Assembly: GCA_051362555.1 (NCBI GenBank)
Contig: CM120648.1
Location: forward strand, 15,310,587 to 15,374,586
Direction: 5' to 3'
Source: Lingula anatina
Taxonomy: Eukaryota; Animalia; Brachiopoda
Length of the DNA stretch: 64,000 nt
Below, piece after piece: positions 50,137 through 64,000 of this stretch (position 1 is its first letter; each line of letters starts with the position of its first letter). The notes under the pieces are model-generated. The model ran no database searches. It saw only the letters and a list, made by a program, of their open reading frames with translations, and was not told the origin of the DNA. The position numbers and the translations under genes are program-made.

Positions 50137-51731
50137 CTGAAAGTGCACAGACACGATGGGACTATTTCAAATGAATGCGCGTTGTGACTTGAGCTTGACC
50201 TGGGATTCCTCCTACATTGTATCTCCTGTGTAATTACTGGTCTGTGTGGGCAGGGGGCGCTACTGCTGACACTGCCTAATATTGTCCATGCACAGACATC
50301 TGGAGGGGTCGGACTTGCTGCCTTCTGCATATCTTTAAAGAGCAGAGAAGGAAAACTGCAACAACAGTCAGCCTGTGGGAGTGGTTTAATGTTGTCTGTC
50401 AATCACATTCTCCATATAAGGAATGGGCTCGCTCTGATTGGCTGGACCTTGGATCGTGTGTCATTAGCTAATGAGAAGTGTGAAATTGCATAGCAACATG
50501 TTTTGTATTAAGAGGCATATGGCTGCCTAGATTATGTCAGTCATATGTGTGGTAAGGTTGCCTAGCTCAATGGCTGTCAACAAAGTTGTCCATTACACGC
50601 AGGAGAAGGCAGACTTGATAGAAAACGGAAGAAATTGGTAAATGATTGTCCACTAGAAAATGCGGCGAAATCTTAGATTGTGTTTGCTCAGTATTAGAAA
50701 AATTTGGGGGGAAGTTACTTTTGAGAACTAAAACTATAAAAGAAAAAGTCAATGTGAGCAACAAAGTATCGTCATTTTATAAGTTCATTCAGTGGCTTGC
50801 ACCGAAACATTGTCATTACCATTGTCATCGTCATTGTCACGGTTATTTATCATTGTCATCATCATTGTTATTGATCATCTTGCATTCAATCATTGTTCCA
50901 ACCTGGGATTTGGGGTTCATCACTGACTTTGCCATTTTGCCATTTTGACTTTGCCATTACAAACATAAGTGAATGGAGGACTGCATGCTGAAAACTGGGT
51001 ACTCTGTAACAGGAGAGATCTTGATGATCTTTTATTTACAACTCTTCCATAAAAATAACTGAATCAGCAGAGAGTTTGGTCTTAGTGAGAATTTTTTAAG
51101 CTATGTGAACAGTGAAGCAGATTTTCCTGAATTTTCACTGCAAATAAGATCTTGATTTAAATAAATTTGAATAGAGTTGGTATGGTGCCACAACAATTGA
51201 ATATTTTATTAGGACTACAGTTGTATTATATTCTGGAACAAAAATTGGACTGTTACATCCTTAGTCAGTCCTTGCCAAGTTGTGTAACATCTGTTATTGC
51301 TCTTTCATTTCATGTCTGCTGTTTTATTACTTAAGAACACAAAAATATGAACACGTTATGGCTCATTGATTTCGGTTAGAATATAAAACAAATGAACATG
51401 GCTAGTCCAGCATATAGTGTAGTTCAAAATAACTGGTGTCCTAGCAGACATGCTGCAACAAAAAACAGAGTAAAGACAGACTTCTTTGGAGATTTTTATC
51501 CACCTATATTACAGGTTACTATTTCAGCAGAACTGTGAAGTTGCGCCAAGAACGGGAATAGCTTCTCTTCTCACTTCATCTGTAATACTTATATCGGCGC
51601 ATTGGCATGTTCAAGATAATAGAAACTGTAAAAATGCTGTTCTTTGTTCAATGATCACCACAGAAAGCATGCCTTGCATTCTACTTGACTTGTTTTGTCT
51701 CTCCTATATATACATAAATTGAATTTTGGAA

Positions 51732-51737
51732 AATAAA
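51732..51737 (+). terminator. Candidate GIGYF polyadenylation signal
   Basis: AATAAA followed ~15 nt later by GT-rich TGGTGTTGCTGTTG. This implies a ~1.6-kb 3' UTR. Confidence 0.45.
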
Positions 51738-52390
51738 CTTAAATTTAAACTGGTGTTGCTGTTGAGTCACGCGACAAATAAAAGGAAAAACAAACAAACA
51801 AACAAACAAAAACTTTAAACGTAATATAAAAAGCTTTGAAGCTCTGAGCTATTTTAAGTTAAAAAAGCACATGATATGATCATATGTTATGAGGTAGAGC
51901 ACGATCTTCATTTAGAACTTCTATGCAAAGTTGTGATTCGCTGTCGTTTGTCAGACGTGTACTTCTTCACATGCAGCCAAAACATTGAAAACAATATTTC
52001 AGAAATAATACATTAAATTGCCCACCCTCAGTGCTGCACACATGTTCGAAGTATTGCCTGACACGAGTTGTAATGCAAAGAGCGCTGAGGTCGCATTGTC
52101 TGGATGTAATTTGAGTGTGGTAACGCTAAGATATTGCATTGTCTGACGTGATGGTAACTTAACGCAACGTAATGGTTGCCGTGTATTACGTTACAACGCG
52201 CCAACGGCCATAGCGCTGTTCAAAGTAGGCCTACCGGTGCAAAATTACTGCATTATTTGCAGACAAGGAAGTAGTCTAGATTTTTTTAACTTGGCAAGTT
52301 TACAAGGGCTGGAATCTGTCCTCTTTATGGTGTAATGCAGCCGCAATGATACAAACTAATTACAGGTAATTTGCTACGACAGTTCCAGAC

Positions 52391-64000
<11,610 letters not shown>

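Overview
AT-rich, intron-rich animal genomic DNA. It is probably lophotrochozoan/mollusc-like, inferred from gene and repeat content only. Four spliced genes were reconstructed by hand from GT-AG junctions: (1) Wnt4-like, minus strand, exons 1-2 only (12892-12819, 5833-5604); (2) an 11-exon JmjC 2-oxoglutarate dioxygenase with an N-terminal signal-anchor helix, minus strand (27457-17899); (3) a complete GIGYF1/2 orthologue, plus strand (32621-50136), head-to-head with the JmjC gene; (4) an NADP-type malic enzyme, plus strand (52391 to beyond 64000), with two paralogous alternative first exons. Introns carry many MITEs, a Helentron-type HINE with an internal 146-bp satellite, and a G-rich minisatellite. 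The most unusual signal is that each of the four unrelated genes has a tandem array built from its own exon 3' end plus the 5' splice site (42, 75, 43 and 51 bp units, 5-8 donor copies). Smaller single or decayed junction duplications also occur. This points to a recurrent splice-junction-centred amplification process.
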